This document shows, in pieces, positions 19,940-30,424 of a DNA stretch of 64,000 bases; the first letter of the stretch is position 1; each line of letters begins with the position of its first letter. Where the stretch lies: NCBI GenBank assembly GCA_963704885.1, contig CAVPIB010000004.1, positions 512,001-576,000 on the forward strand, in the 5' to 3' direction. This stretch comes from an uncultured Actinomycetes bacterium. Its GTDB lineage: Bacteria > Actinomycetota > UBA4738 > HRBIN12. A program made the position numbers and the translations under genes. The notes beneath the pieces were generated by a model that saw nothing but the letters and a program-made list of their open reading frames with translations, did not search any database and was not told the DNA's origin.

Positions 19940-20785
19940 ATGGAGAGCCGACGGATCCTGCTGGACGGCGTGCCGACCTCCGTCACGCGAGACGGCGATG
20001 AGCTGGTCTCCTCCGACGGACGAAGGGTGGGGTTGGATGACGAACAGCACCTCCCGCCTGTCGAGCCGACCAAGATCGTCTGCGTCCACCTGAACTACGA
20101 GAGCCGCCGCGCTGAGTTCGGCATCACTCTCGCGCCAGCGCCCACGTTCTTCCACAAGCCGACGACCTCGCTCAACGCGCACGGCGGCGACGTGATACGG
20201 CCCCCGCGCTGCAAGTACCTCAACTTCGAGGGAGAGATCGCGATAGTGATAGGCACCGAGACGAAGCACATCGCGCCCGAGGAGGTCGCCGACCACATCC
20301 TCGGTTACACGGTGGCCAACGACTACGGCCTGCATGACTTCCGCGACACCGACGCCGGTTCCATGCTGCGCGTGAAGGGGTCGGACTCGCTCTGCCCCCT
20401 CGGACCCGGACTCGTCACAAACTGGGACTTCCACGGCAAGCGCATCCAGACCCGCGTGAACGGCGAGGTGAAGCAGGACGGTAACACCGACGAGATGATC
20501 TGGGACATGCACTACCTGGTGGCCGACATCGCCCGGACCATCACGCTCCTCCCCGGCGATGTGCTTCTATCCGGCACGCCCGCGAACTCAAGACCGGTGC
20601 AGCCGGGCGACGTGGTCGAGGTGGAGGTCGAGGGCCTGGGAACGCTCCGCAACACGATCGTCGAGGGTTCCATCCCCATCCGCGATGACGTCGGCGCGCA
20701 GCCCTCGGAGTCCGAGGAGGTCATCTCGACCACCCTCGGAGGCGATTGGGAGTTCCGGGGGATCCGTCCACCGCGCCGCGACTGA
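19940..20785 (+). CDS. FAH-family isomerase/decarboxylase (HpaG-like)
   Basis: KIVCVHLNY, FHKP, FEGEIAIVIG, VANDYG, VKGSD, SGTPA. Confidence 0.88.
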   Translation: MESRRILLDGVPTSVTRDGDELVSSDGRRVGLDDEQHLPPVEPTKIVCVHLNYESRRAEFGITLAPAPTFFHKPTTSLNAHGGDVIRPPRCKYLNFEGEIAIVIGTETKHIAPEEVADHILGYTVANDYGLHDFRDTDAGSMLRVKGSDSLCPLGPGLVTNWDFHGKRIQTRVNGEVKQDGNTDEMIWDMHYLVADIARTITLLPGDVLLSGTPANSRPVQPGDVVEVEVEGLGTLRNTIVEGSIPIRDDVGAQPSESEEVISTTLGGDWEFRGIRPPRRD

Positions 20786-20857
20786 CCAGACGGTGTAGCC
20801 TCCGACGGTCCTGACGGAGGGAGCGGAGACGGGCGAGCATCCAGGCACGAGCGCGAC

Positions 20858-21502
20858 GTGTGGTGGAGCGTCGCCGCGGGGACCGTGGGTTCGATCGCGA
20901 GGGCCGGCTTCAACATCCGCATCACGGGCCAGGAACAGATCCCCCGTCGTGGGGGCGCGCTGCTCGTCTACAACCATGTGAGCGTCATCGACGCGATCTT
21001 CGTCGCGATCCCCGCGCTACGCCGGGACCGGATCATCCGTTGCTTCGCGCTCGCCGAGGACTTCGAGCGGCCGATGATGGGACGGGCGCTGCGCGGCTTG
21101 GGCCAGGTCCCGATCCGTCGCGGCGCAGGCGCCTGGGATCCACTGGAGGAGATGGCGGGCGTGATCCGCGAGGGTTGGCTGGGCGGGATCGCGCCGGAGG
21201 GCACGGTCGGAACGGGCGAGGATCTTCTTCCCATCCAGAAGGGTCCGGCCCGGATCGCGCTGCTGGCGGGATGCCGGGTGATCCCGGTCGGCCTGTGGGG
21301 CCCCCAGCGCCGTTACCCCAAGGCCGGGCTTCACTTCAAGGCGCCGCTCAGACCAACCCTCGGCGTGGCGTTCGGCCCGCCGATCCAGGCGGAGGGGGAC
21401 CCGAAGCATCGGCCGGACGTGCAGGCGCTCACGGATCGCATCGGCGAGGCCCTGCGCGAACAGGTGGAGGTCGCTCGCCGCCTGGCACCCGCTACGACCT
21501 AG
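20858..21502 (+). CDS. Lysophospholipid acyltransferase (PlsC family); start uncertain
   Basis: NHVSVID (HX4D), PIRRG, APEGT, VIPVGLWG. Confidence 0.88.
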   Translation: MWWSVAAGTVGSIARAGFNIRITGQEQIPRRGGALLVYNHVSVIDAIFVAIPALRRDRIIRCFALAEDFERPMMGRALRGLGQVPIRRGAGAWDPLEEMAGVIREGWLGGIAPEGTVGTGEDLLPIQKGPARIALLAGCRVIPVGLWGPQRRYPKAGLHFKAPLRPTLGVAFGPPIQAEGDPKHRPDVQALTDRIGEALREQVEVARRLAPATT

Positions 21503-22169
21503 CGCTGGACGCCCCCCGCAGGAACCGGTCCACCAGGGAGTCGGCGCGCACTCCCGCATCGCCTTCTCGCGCCCGGGTCTCCTCGAGGACTGCGGCGGGC
21601 TCTATCCCGGCCCGGCGGAAGTCCGAGTCGTCGTGATCGAGCCAAGCCGCGACCATCGACGCGGTCGCCTCGGGATGGAACTGCACGCAGAGGTGAGGAC
21701 CAAGCTCGTATGCCTGGACCCCGTTCGGTGTCCGGGCGATCGGCGTCGCGCCCGGGGGCAGATCGAACGTGTCCCCGTGCCACATGAACCACGGACCGAC
21801 CGGTATCGTTGCCGGGTCGACGGTCTCGACCTCGCGCCATCCGACCTCGTGGTCGTCGGCCGGGCGTGCACGTCCGCCCATGGCCTGCGCGAACGCCTGC
21901 GCGCCGAAGCAGATACCGAACACCGGCACGTGGTGCTCAACGGCGTCACGGATCGCGGCGAGCGCCCCCTCGATCCATGGGGCAACGTGCTCGCCGTAGA
22001 CGGACCACGGCGCGCCCATCACCAGGACGGCATCGAACGCCTCGGCGTTCGGTGGTCGGCCTTCCTCGGACAGCACGTGATCGACGAGCACCGCGCCGCG
22101 ATCCGACAGCGCCTCGCCTACGTGACCGGCGAGCGAGAGCCGGTGAGGCTTGAGGACGAGCGCCTTCAT
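21492..22169 (-). CDS. Class I glutamine amidotransferase (stand-alone, possible gamma-glutamyl amide hydrolase)
   Basis: GICFGAQ nucleophile, WHGDTF, VQFHPE. Confidence 0.9.
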   Translation of the reverse strand: MKALVLKPHRLSLAGHVGEALSDRGAVLVDHVLSEEGRPPNAEAFDAVLVMGAPWSVYGEHVAPWIEGALAAIRDAVEHHVPVFGICFGAQAFAQAMGGRARPADDHEVGWREVETVDPATIPVGPWFMWHGDTFDLPPGATPIARTPNGVQAYELGPHLCVQFHPEATASMVAAWLDHDDSDFRRAGIEPAAVLEETRAREGDAGVRADSLVDRFLRGASSARS

Positions 22170-22191
22170 GTCGTCCGGAAACCGGCGACGA

Positions 22192-22365
22192 TCAGACGGC
22201 CTTCACCCGGGCCCCATGCCTCGTCGTACAGCTCGTTGGCCTAGCCCAGGTCTTCAGTGAACCGTAGCGCCTCCAACGCTTCCGGCAGCGGAAAGATGAC
22301 CGGGTTCTCGAGCACCTCGAAGGGGATGAACTCCCTCGCCGTCTCGTTCCCGGTATCGACCTGGC
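22192..22365 (-). pseudogene. C-terminal remnant of a PotD/PotF-like polyamine ABC substrate-binding protein
   Basis: TGNETAREFIPFEVLENPVIFPLPEALEALRFTEDLG*ANELYDEAW then shifted ARVKAV*; contains a stop and a frameshift. Confidence 0.6.
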
Positions 22366-22369
22366 TCGG

Positions 22370-22614
22370 CCTTCGACGGGCATCATGGTGGTCATCTCAG
22401 CCACCATGAGGGCGGTCGGGAGACTCCAGATGATCGGGGTGATGCCGAAGAGGAGCAGCCCCATCCCAGCCCCGCTCTCGCCGATCGTGTCTTCCAGACC
22501 GTACGGTCCGCCCGAAACCGAGAAGAAGATGATGCCGACGAGCGCGAGCTTGTGTGGAACTTCGCGGATCGCTACGCAGGGTCGTTCGGCCGGCTCTTCA
22601 GCCACGATCGCCAT
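22370..22614 (-). pseudogene. N-terminal remnant of an APC (polyamine-type) permease
   Basis: LVGIIFFSVSGGPYGLED...PIIWSLPTALMVAEMTTMMPVEG, truncated where GGY..W should follow; GGGAGG RBS intact. Confidence 0.75.
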
Positions 22615-22673
22615 GTACCCCCTCCCGATGGTCGGCGTTGTGTACCACAGCCTCGCCGACGTGCGCTAGTCCC

Positions 22674-24083
22674 TCAAGCGCCCAGGAGGTAGGCCACCAT
22701 GTCGGCGGCCGAATAGGCATGATGGTCCGGGCCTAGGAGGCGGCCCAGCTCCTCGAGGTCGTTCCCGGCCGTCACGATCGGAGGCTCCTCGACCCCCTGC
22801 CGACGCTGCCCCAGGCCGACCGCCGCGGTCAGGCCGTTGCAGATGCACTTGCGGCTCGCCGCGTCGGACGGGTTGCCACCCTTGCGCACATAGTCCTCGA
22901 TAGGCTCCGCCGGGCAGCGGTAGCCGAGACGCCCGTCGGGAGCCACGTACACCTCGCGGAGATACCCGAGGTCGCACCGGCGCTCGCGCGCCTCCACGAC
23001 GTCGTCGTCCGAGAGCGTGCCCTCGAGCGCCACCACCTTGAACGGGAACCCGGTGGGAGAGGCCAGAGGATCGGTGAAGACCGTGACCCGGCAGGCCTCC
23101 GCTTCGGCGAGCACCCGTGCGCGGATCTCGGGCGCCATGCCCGAGTCCTCGCAGAACGCGAACGCCGTGCCCACCTGGATGCCCGCCGCGCCGCTGTGCT
23201 GCGCGCGCCGCAACCGCTCGGGCGTAGCCTGCCCGCCCGCGAGCCAGAACGGGAGCCCGAGCTCTCGGATCTTCTCGAGGTCGACCTCGTCCCGCAGTCC
23301 GTACAAGGGCTCGCCGCCGACGAGCCCGCCCGCACCCCGCGGCGGCGCGTTGTGGCCTCCGGCCGTCGGCCCCTCTATCACGAACCCGTCGACGCCCCGG
23401 GTCTTGCGAGCGAGGCTGATGGCGAGGGCCGTCGAGGCGATGATCGCCAGGAACATCGGGCGCGCCACCGGCGCGCCCGGAGCCGGCACCACGCTCCGCG
23501 GGTCGAACCGGAGGGCAACCCCGTCGCCGTCTGCGACGTGCAGCGGCAGCTCGACGGGTTCGTGCGTGGCGAGGCCGTCGAGCAGCCGCGGGATCTCGCG
23601 CGGGATCCCGGCGCCCACCAGCACGACATCGACACCCGCGACCATCGCCCCGTACAGCGTCGGCGGCGTCGGCATCTGGATCTTCTCGAGGAAGTTGATC
23701 CCCACTATCCCGTCGTGCCCCTCCTTCGCGAGCCACACCTCCACGAACCCGCCCATCGTGGCGAGGTCGAGGCTCCGACGGTGCGGCTCGGCGGTGAACA
23801 CCGGCACGGCCTTGAACGACCGGCCGTCGTCGATCCCACCCTCCACGAAGTAGCCGGCGAGTATCCGCTCGGCCACGGCGGGGGCGGGGAAGGCCGCCAT
23901 GGCCCGCCGGACGTCGCCTTCGGGGTCGCCGAGCTGCAGCCGGCGGGCGAGCACCATGTCGAGAGCCGTGCCGGACACCACCCCGAGCTGACCGGTCCGC
24001 GAGACCGCGCGAGCGAGCTGCCAGCCTGAGACGGCCACGCCCATCCCGCCTTGGATGATCGCCGGCGCGACCCTCATGCTCAT
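22674..24083 (-). CDS. Nitronate monooxygenase-family FMN oxidoreductase
   Basis: IIQGGMGVAVS, GINFLEK, EGPTAGGHN, LAGG, GIQVGTAF. Confidence 0.88.
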   Translation of the reverse strand: MSMRVAPAIIQGGMGVAVSGWQLARAVSRTGQLGVVSGTALDMVLARRLQLGDPEGDVRRAMAAFPAPAVAERILAGYFVEGGIDDGRSFKAVPVFTAEPHRRSLDLATMGGFVEVWLAKEGHDGIVGINFLEKIQMPTPPTLYGAMVAGVDVVLVGAGIPREIPRLLDGLATHEPVELPLHVADGDGVALRFDPRSVVPAPGAPVARPMFLAIIASTALAISLARKTRGVDGFVIEGPTAGGHNAPPRGAGGLVGGEPLYGLRDEVDLEKIRELGLPFWLAGGQATPERLRRAQHSGAAGIQVGTAFAFCEDSGMAPEIRARVLAEAEACRVTVFTDPLASPTGFPFKVVALEGTLSDDDVVEARERRCDLGYLREVYVAPDGRLGYRCPAEPIEDYVRKGGNPSDAASRKCICNGLTAAVGLGQRRQGVEEPPIVTAGNDLEELGRLLGPDHHAYSAADMVAYLLGA

Positions 24084-25234
24084 CCCCATAGGCGGTCGGC
24101 GACTCTACCCACCCGATCGAGCTTGCGCCACTGGGTGTCCTCGTCGGTTTCGTTGCCCACTATCACGCTCGCGAACCCGCATTGCGGGCTGATCGCGAGA
24201 CGATCCATGCCGCCGACGATACCCGCAGCTTCCTCCATACGGCGCACCAGGCCGTCTTCGTCCTCCAGCTCCCGGACTTTCGACGAGATGATGCCCATAA
24301 CCATCACGCCGCCGTCGCGCAGGAACCGGATGGGCTCGAAGCCACCGTCGCGCCCGCGGTCATCCCACTCGACCAGGAACGTGTCGAAGGGCAGCTCGCC
24401 GAACACGCGCTCGGCCACCGGCTCCAACGAGCCTTCACACATCCACGAGGAGCGGAAGTTCCCGCGGCAGATGTGCAGTCCGACCGTGATGTCGTCAGGG
24501 ATCCCCTGGAGCACGGCGACGTCGGCAGCGATCGCCCGGTCGATCAGTTGGGCAATCCCATGGCCCGCAGCCTCGAACCGCTCGATCCATGCAGGGTCGA
24601 CCAGATAGGGGTAAAGCGGGAAGTCGAATTGGATGTAGCGGGCGCCGGCTGCGATCGCCTCTGCGACCAGGACGCGCTCGATCCGGACGGCATCCTCAAC
24701 GAACGCATCGAGGCTCCCGTACCCGCCGCCATCGAGACCGGCCACCGTGGTGAACGGATGCGTGAAGATCGAGGCTGCCGGAAACGTCACCTTGAACGGG
24801 TGACCGCCCGAGGTCTCGGACATGAACGCAGCCTCACGCGCCGCGGGCGAGTCGATCGCGCGCAGCCGCCCCACGATCTCGTGGATGTTCAACTGCACGT
24901 CCTCGCCCCGATCGTTGCGGAACGTCACGGTCTTGCCGGTCCGCACGCCCTCGACCGCGTCGTAGAACGAGTTCATGAACATCCACCGCCGGAACTCTCC
25001 GTCGGTCAGCACATCGAGCCCGCAGTCGATCTGCCGCTGGATGGCCGCTCGGATCGCCTCGTCTTCCATGGCGGTCAACTCGGAACGGTCACGCGTGCGC
25101 TCCACGTCGAGAGCCGAGGAATGGCCAGGGTCGTAGAAAGCCTCGACGGCTGCACGGAGCTTGGGCGGCCGGAGGAGCGAGCCGACCGTCTCAGCGCGCG
25201 ACGGGCGGCGTGGAGTGTTGGCGGGCCCGCTCAC
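24080..25234 (-). CDS. Cobalamin-independent methionine synthase II-like protein (catalytic half only, YxjH-like)
   Basis: VGSLLRP, TDGEFRR, Zn ligands HICRGN / EWD / SPQCGF; GTG 6 nt after TAGGAT. Confidence 0.88.
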   Translation of the reverse strand: MSGPANTPRRPSRAETVGSLLRPPKLRAAVEAFYDPGHSSALDVERTRDRSELTAMEDEAIRAAIQRQIDCGLDVLTDGEFRRWMFMNSFYDAVEGVRTGKTVTFRNDRGEDVQLNIHEIVGRLRAIDSPAAREAAFMSETSGGHPFKVTFPAASIFTHPFTTVAGLDGGGYGSLDAFVEDAVRIERVLVAEAIAAGARYIQFDFPLYPYLVDPAWIERFEAAGHGIAQLIDRAIAADVAVLQGIPDDITVGLHICRGNFRSSWMCEGSLEPVAERVFGELPFDTFLVEWDDRGRDGGFEPIRFLRDGGVMVMGIISSKVRELEDEDGLVRRMEEAAGIVGGMDRLAISPQCGFASVIVGNETDEDTQWRKLDRVGRVADRLWG

Positions 25235-25614
25235 CCGCCGATCCTAAAGGGCTGGCGGCACACGGCGAGTCTGGTCGAAACCGGTCACGTGGAGCAGGTT
25301 AGGCGTTCCTGACCGGCTCCTTTGAGCAAGAAGGCGGACGGACAGCACCCACAAGATGAAACCCACGCCGACCAGCATCCCACGCTCTGACCGGGCGAGG
25401 GCTCAGATGCACCCCTTCACCCGCTCTCGAGCACCCTGACCTGCGGACTTGGAACCGAGACCGATCGTACCTCCGCCCGAAAGCCGATCGACGAAGGTTC
25501 CCTTCAAGGTCAACAGGAGTCGCTCCGATATGTAGGGAGACAGGCATCGCATCGCCGCCTGCGCAGAACGAGAAGGGGGCGCGAAGGGCTCCCATGGAAA
25601 CGAGGAGTGTCGTC

Positions 25615-27105
<1,491 letters not shown>

Positions 27106-27208
27106 GGGACCGCGCGAGCGAAACCACCGCGGCCCTCGGAGGAGGGCCCCGATGGTCTTCTCCGCAACCTGCGAGGGTCCCCGCCTTGCCGTCTTGGCCG
27201 CAGTGTAG

Positions 27209-28387
27209 TCACGCCGGATCCCAGCGCACCCACGTGGAGTCCGGCGCGCGGAACTCCCAGCCGGACAGCGTGACCGGCCGTTCAGGATCCAGCCTGAGGT
27301 TGGGCAGGCGGTCCAGCAGGATCTCGAGCGACACGCGCGCCAGGTGCAGGCCGAACCAAGCCCCCAGGCAGAAGTGTGTGCCGGCCGAGAACGCCATATG
27401 CGCTCCCTCCTTCCGGTGGATGTCGAACCGGTCGGGTTCTGTGAAGCGTTCCGGATCCCGGTTGGCCGACGTGAGCACCGCACCTATCAGATCACCCGCC
27501 GCCAGCTGCACCCCGGCAAGCTCGGTCGCCCTCGTCATCTGCCGGGTGGCGGTGCCCACCGGCCCCACCCACCGCAGCGTCTCCTCCACGGCCGGCTTGA
27601 TCAACGCGTGGTTCAGACGGACCTCGTCAAGCTGCTCCGGGTGCGTTCCCAGGGCCCAGATCACTAGAGCGATGATGTCGCGTGGCTCCTGCAGCCCGCC
27701 GGAGAGCATGAGCTTGGTGTTCGCGACGATCTCCCCGCGGGTCATGCGATCGCCGTCCGCCTCGTGGTGGAGCATCCACGACAACACCGAGCCGTCTGGT
27801 TCGTCCTCGAGACGGTCCAAGACGCGCTCGATGGCCTGCCCCAGCTCGGCGCTGGCCGCATCGGCCGGCGCCTGCTTATCGGGGTTGCCCTCGAAGTTAG
27901 CCAGGCCGGGCATCATCCCCTGATTCCAGCGAAGCAGATCCTCCCAGGGGACCTCGTCCAAGCCGAGCATGAAGCGCAACGCCCGCACGGACATAGGGTC
28001 GGCGTAGGCCGTGAACAGATCCACTTGGCCACGATCCGCGAAAGAGCCCACCAGCTCGTGAGCGAGCTTGGGGATCATGCCTTGGGTCCGCTCCTCAACA
28101 TCCCGCGGACGGAACGGAACCTCGGTGATACGCCGGATCCGTTCCTGGTCCGGACCCTCCGAGCCCAACATGTTCTTGCCCATGGTTCGGTTGAGCGTGG
28201 ACGGATCGGTTTCGGCCGTGAATAGGTCGGGGGTCATCACCACCGCGCGGACGTCGTCGTGGCGCGTTACCAACCAGAGCTGGACGGCTGGGACCCAGCT
28301 CACGGGCTCCTCAACGCGCAGGCGCGCATAGATGGGGTAGGGGTCTCGCTCCAGTTCTTCCAGCGTGATCGAGTCGCCGACCGTCAA
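27209..28387 (-). CDS. Cytochrome P450 with atypical I-helix (GGLQEP; GcoA/CYP255-like)
   Basis: DPYPIYARLR, ETLR (ExxR), FSAGTHFCLG heme ligand; TTG start after GGGAGG. Confidence 0.92.
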   Translation of the reverse strand: MTVGDSITLEELERDPYPIYARLRVEEPVSWVPAVQLWLVTRHDDVRAVVMTPDLFTAETDPSTLNRTMGKNMLGSEGPDQERIRRITEVPFRPRDVEERTQGMIPKLAHELVGSFADRGQVDLFTAYADPMSVRALRFMLGLDEVPWEDLLRWNQGMMPGLANFEGNPDKQAPADAASAELGQAIERVLDRLEDEPDGSVLSWMLHHEADGDRMTRGEIVANTKLMLSGGLQEPRDIIALVIWALGTHPEQLDEVRLNHALIKPAVEETLRWVGPVGTATRQMTRATELAGVQLAAGDLIGAVLTSANRDPERFTEPDRFDIHRKEGAHMAFSAGTHFCLGAWFGLHLARVSLEILLDRLPNLRLDPERPVTLSGWEFRAPDSTWVRWDPA

Positions 28388-28456
28388 GATGCCTCCCGAG
28401 GCTCGGTGGAGATGGGTATCTTGGGCCCGAAGGATCCAGGCGCGCAAGGAGGGTCG

Positions 28457-29764
28457 ATGGACACCAAGGGCAAGCGGCTCAGGCTCCTCTACCCCGATCT
28501 CCACGGCCTCGAACGCGGCAAGTACCTGTTCGGCGAGAGCGCCCAAGCCGGGATCGCGGCCTTCTGCGTCGGCGTGTACCCGCTCACGCACGACAAGGAG
28601 ATCCTTCCGGTCCCGCGGACGCAGTTCGACGTGGGCCTGCACGACGTGGAGGCGACCCTCGATCGAGACACGCTGCGTCCGAGCTGGGAGCCGGAGACCG
28701 TCATAGGGATCGCTGACCTGGAGTCCCACGGAGAGCCCGCGCCGTGGGACTCTCGCCATGTGCTTCGGCAGGCGGTCGAGGCGTGGCGTCAGATGGGCCT
28801 GGAGCCGCAGCTGGCATTCGAGCTGGAGTTCTACCTCCTGGAGCCCGACGGCGGTGGCGGGTGGCGACCGGTGGCGGTGCCGTCACACCGCGTGTACGGA
28901 ACCGGCATGTCCGTCGACCCCGAAGGGGTGATCGACGACATCGTGACGGCGGCTCTCGCCATCGGTTTGCCGGTGGAGAGCTGGTGCAGCGAGTTCGACA
29001 ACGCCGCCTACGAGGTGAACATCAAGTACGCCGACGCCATACCGGCAGCCGACGAGGCGTTCCTGTTCAAGCTGCTCGTTCGGGAAGTGTGTGAGCGGCG
29101 AGGCAAGCTCGCCACGTTCCTCGGAAGGCCGTTCGACGATCGAGGTGGGAGTGGCCTGCACGTGAACTTCTCGTTCCGCCGCCCCGACGGGTCCAACGCC
29201 TTCCACGATCCCAACGACCCTGAGGGCCTGTCCGAACTCACGCGGAGGTGCATCGCAGGGCTGCTGGCACATCACCAAGGCATGGCGGCGATCCTTGCGC
29301 CCCACGTGAACGCCTACAAGCGGTTGCAGCCCGACATGCTGAACGGCTACTGGGCGAACTGGGGTCATGACGACCGCAGCGTCACCGTACGGGTCCCTCC
29401 CGCTCGTGGGGCCGCCACCCGGCTGGAGCAACGCACGTCCGACGCCGCCGCCAACCCATACCTGGCCGCCGCCGCAGTCCTTCACGCGGCGCGCCTGGGA
29501 GTGGAGCACGACCTGGAGCTGCCACCGCCCCAGCCGGTCGCAGGCGAGCCCAACACCGATGTGCGGATCCCGGGAAACCTGGAGGCTGCCCTGAACGCCC
29601 TGGCCAACGACACCGAGCTGGTGGACGCCATGGGGCGCGAGGTTGTCGATGCGTTCACGATCTTGAAGCGTGCCGAATGGGAACGGTACCTGGCCTCTGG
29701 GGCCGACCCACTCATCACCGACGTGACCGACTGGGAACTCAGGTACTACCTTCCCTTCCACTGA
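28457..29764 (+). CDS. Glutamine synthetase-like (gamma-glutamyl-amine ligase) 1
   Basis: DLHGLERGK, FELEFY, GSGLHVNFS, NAYKRL, LEQR, ANPYL; AAGGAGG RBS. Confidence 0.9.
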   Translation: MDTKGKRLRLLYPDLHGLERGKYLFGESAQAGIAAFCVGVYPLTHDKEILPVPRTQFDVGLHDVEATLDRDTLRPSWEPETVIGIADLESHGEPAPWDSRHVLRQAVEAWRQMGLEPQLAFELEFYLLEPDGGGGWRPVAVPSHRVYGTGMSVDPEGVIDDIVTAALAIGLPVESWCSEFDNAAYEVNIKYADAIPAADEAFLFKLLVREVCERRGKLATFLGRPFDDRGGSGLHVNFSFRRPDGSNAFHDPNDPEGLSELTRRCIAGLLAHHQGMAAILAPHVNAYKRLQPDMLNGYWANWGHDDRSVTVRVPPARGAATRLEQRTSDAAANPYLAAAAVLHAARLGVEHDLELPPPQPVAGEPNTDVRIPGNLEAALNALANDTELVDAMGREVVDAFTILKRAEWERYLASGADPLITDVTDWELRYYLPFH

Positions 29765-30353
29765 CGGACGGCTCGTGCTTGCCTGCTTCCCAATGCTCCC
29801 GGTATCGATCGGTGGCGAACCCTAGAGGGGTTTCCTCCAGCTCCGTCGCCATCGTGTCGTTCCACCGGTTCAGGAACCCGAACAGACCTACCACCGCCAA
29901 GATCTCCACGATCTGGCCGTCGTCCCAGTGCTTAAGCAGCTCCTCGAAATGCGCAGGCGTCACCTCGTTCGGCACTAGGGAGGCATCTCGAGCGAACCGG
30001 AGCGCGGCCCGCTCACCGTCGTCATACAGCGGTGAGCGCTCGAAGTCCCAGATCGCCGCGATCTTGCCGTCGTCCACGCCGCGCATCTTCGCGTCGACGG
30101 CCTCGTGCGCTTGGCAGTAGCGGCACCCGGCGGCAACGCTCGACACGATCCCCACCAACGGTTTCAGTGACATAGGCAGCGTCCCGGTCCGCCAGATCTG
30201 GGTGATCAGCTCGCTGAAGGCCCTCAGGATCTCGGGCCGCCGCGCCATCGTGAACAGGCTGTTGGGCACGAACGAGAGCGTGTCGTCGTACCGTTGGAAC
30301 AGCTCTTCGAGCTCGGGATGGTCCTGCCGACGGAGCGGCTCCATGTTCGCCAT
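29739..30353 (-). CDS. AhpD/carboxymuconolactone decarboxylase family protein
   Basis: CRYCQAH, ERAALRFA, QIVEI, FLNRWND. Confidence 0.88.
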   Translation of the reverse strand: MANMEPLRRQDHPELEELFQRYDDTLSFVPNSLFTMARRPEILRAFSELITQIWRTGTLPMSLKPLVGIVSSVAAGCRYCQAHEAVDAKMRGVDDGKIAAIWDFERSPLYDDGERAALRFARDASLVPNEVTPAHFEELLKHWDDGQIVEILAVVGLFGFLNRWNDTMATELEETPLGFATDRYREHWEAGKHEPSVSGREGST

Positions 30354-30424
30354 CGGGCCTCCAGTGGCTCGTTCGATCGGTCCCGGATACGGCAGACTAT
30401 GCCGAACTACGGGCGGGGGTCCCG

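Noticed and set aside
25513-25526. 14-mer ACAGGAGTCGCTCC also found at 52188-52201 on the minus strand
   Set aside because: A single 14-nt match is expected by chance in 64 kb of GC-rich sequence; the flanks do not align
25235-25600. Possible SAM/cobalamin riboswitch upstream of the MetE-like gene
   Set aside because: No conserved riboswitch core recognised; the gene appears leaderless (TAGGAT 6 nt before GTG)
27209-28759. ORF-track N-terminal extensions making the P450 and GS genes overlap head-to-head
   Set aside because: RBS-supported starts at 28387 and 28457 remove the overlap
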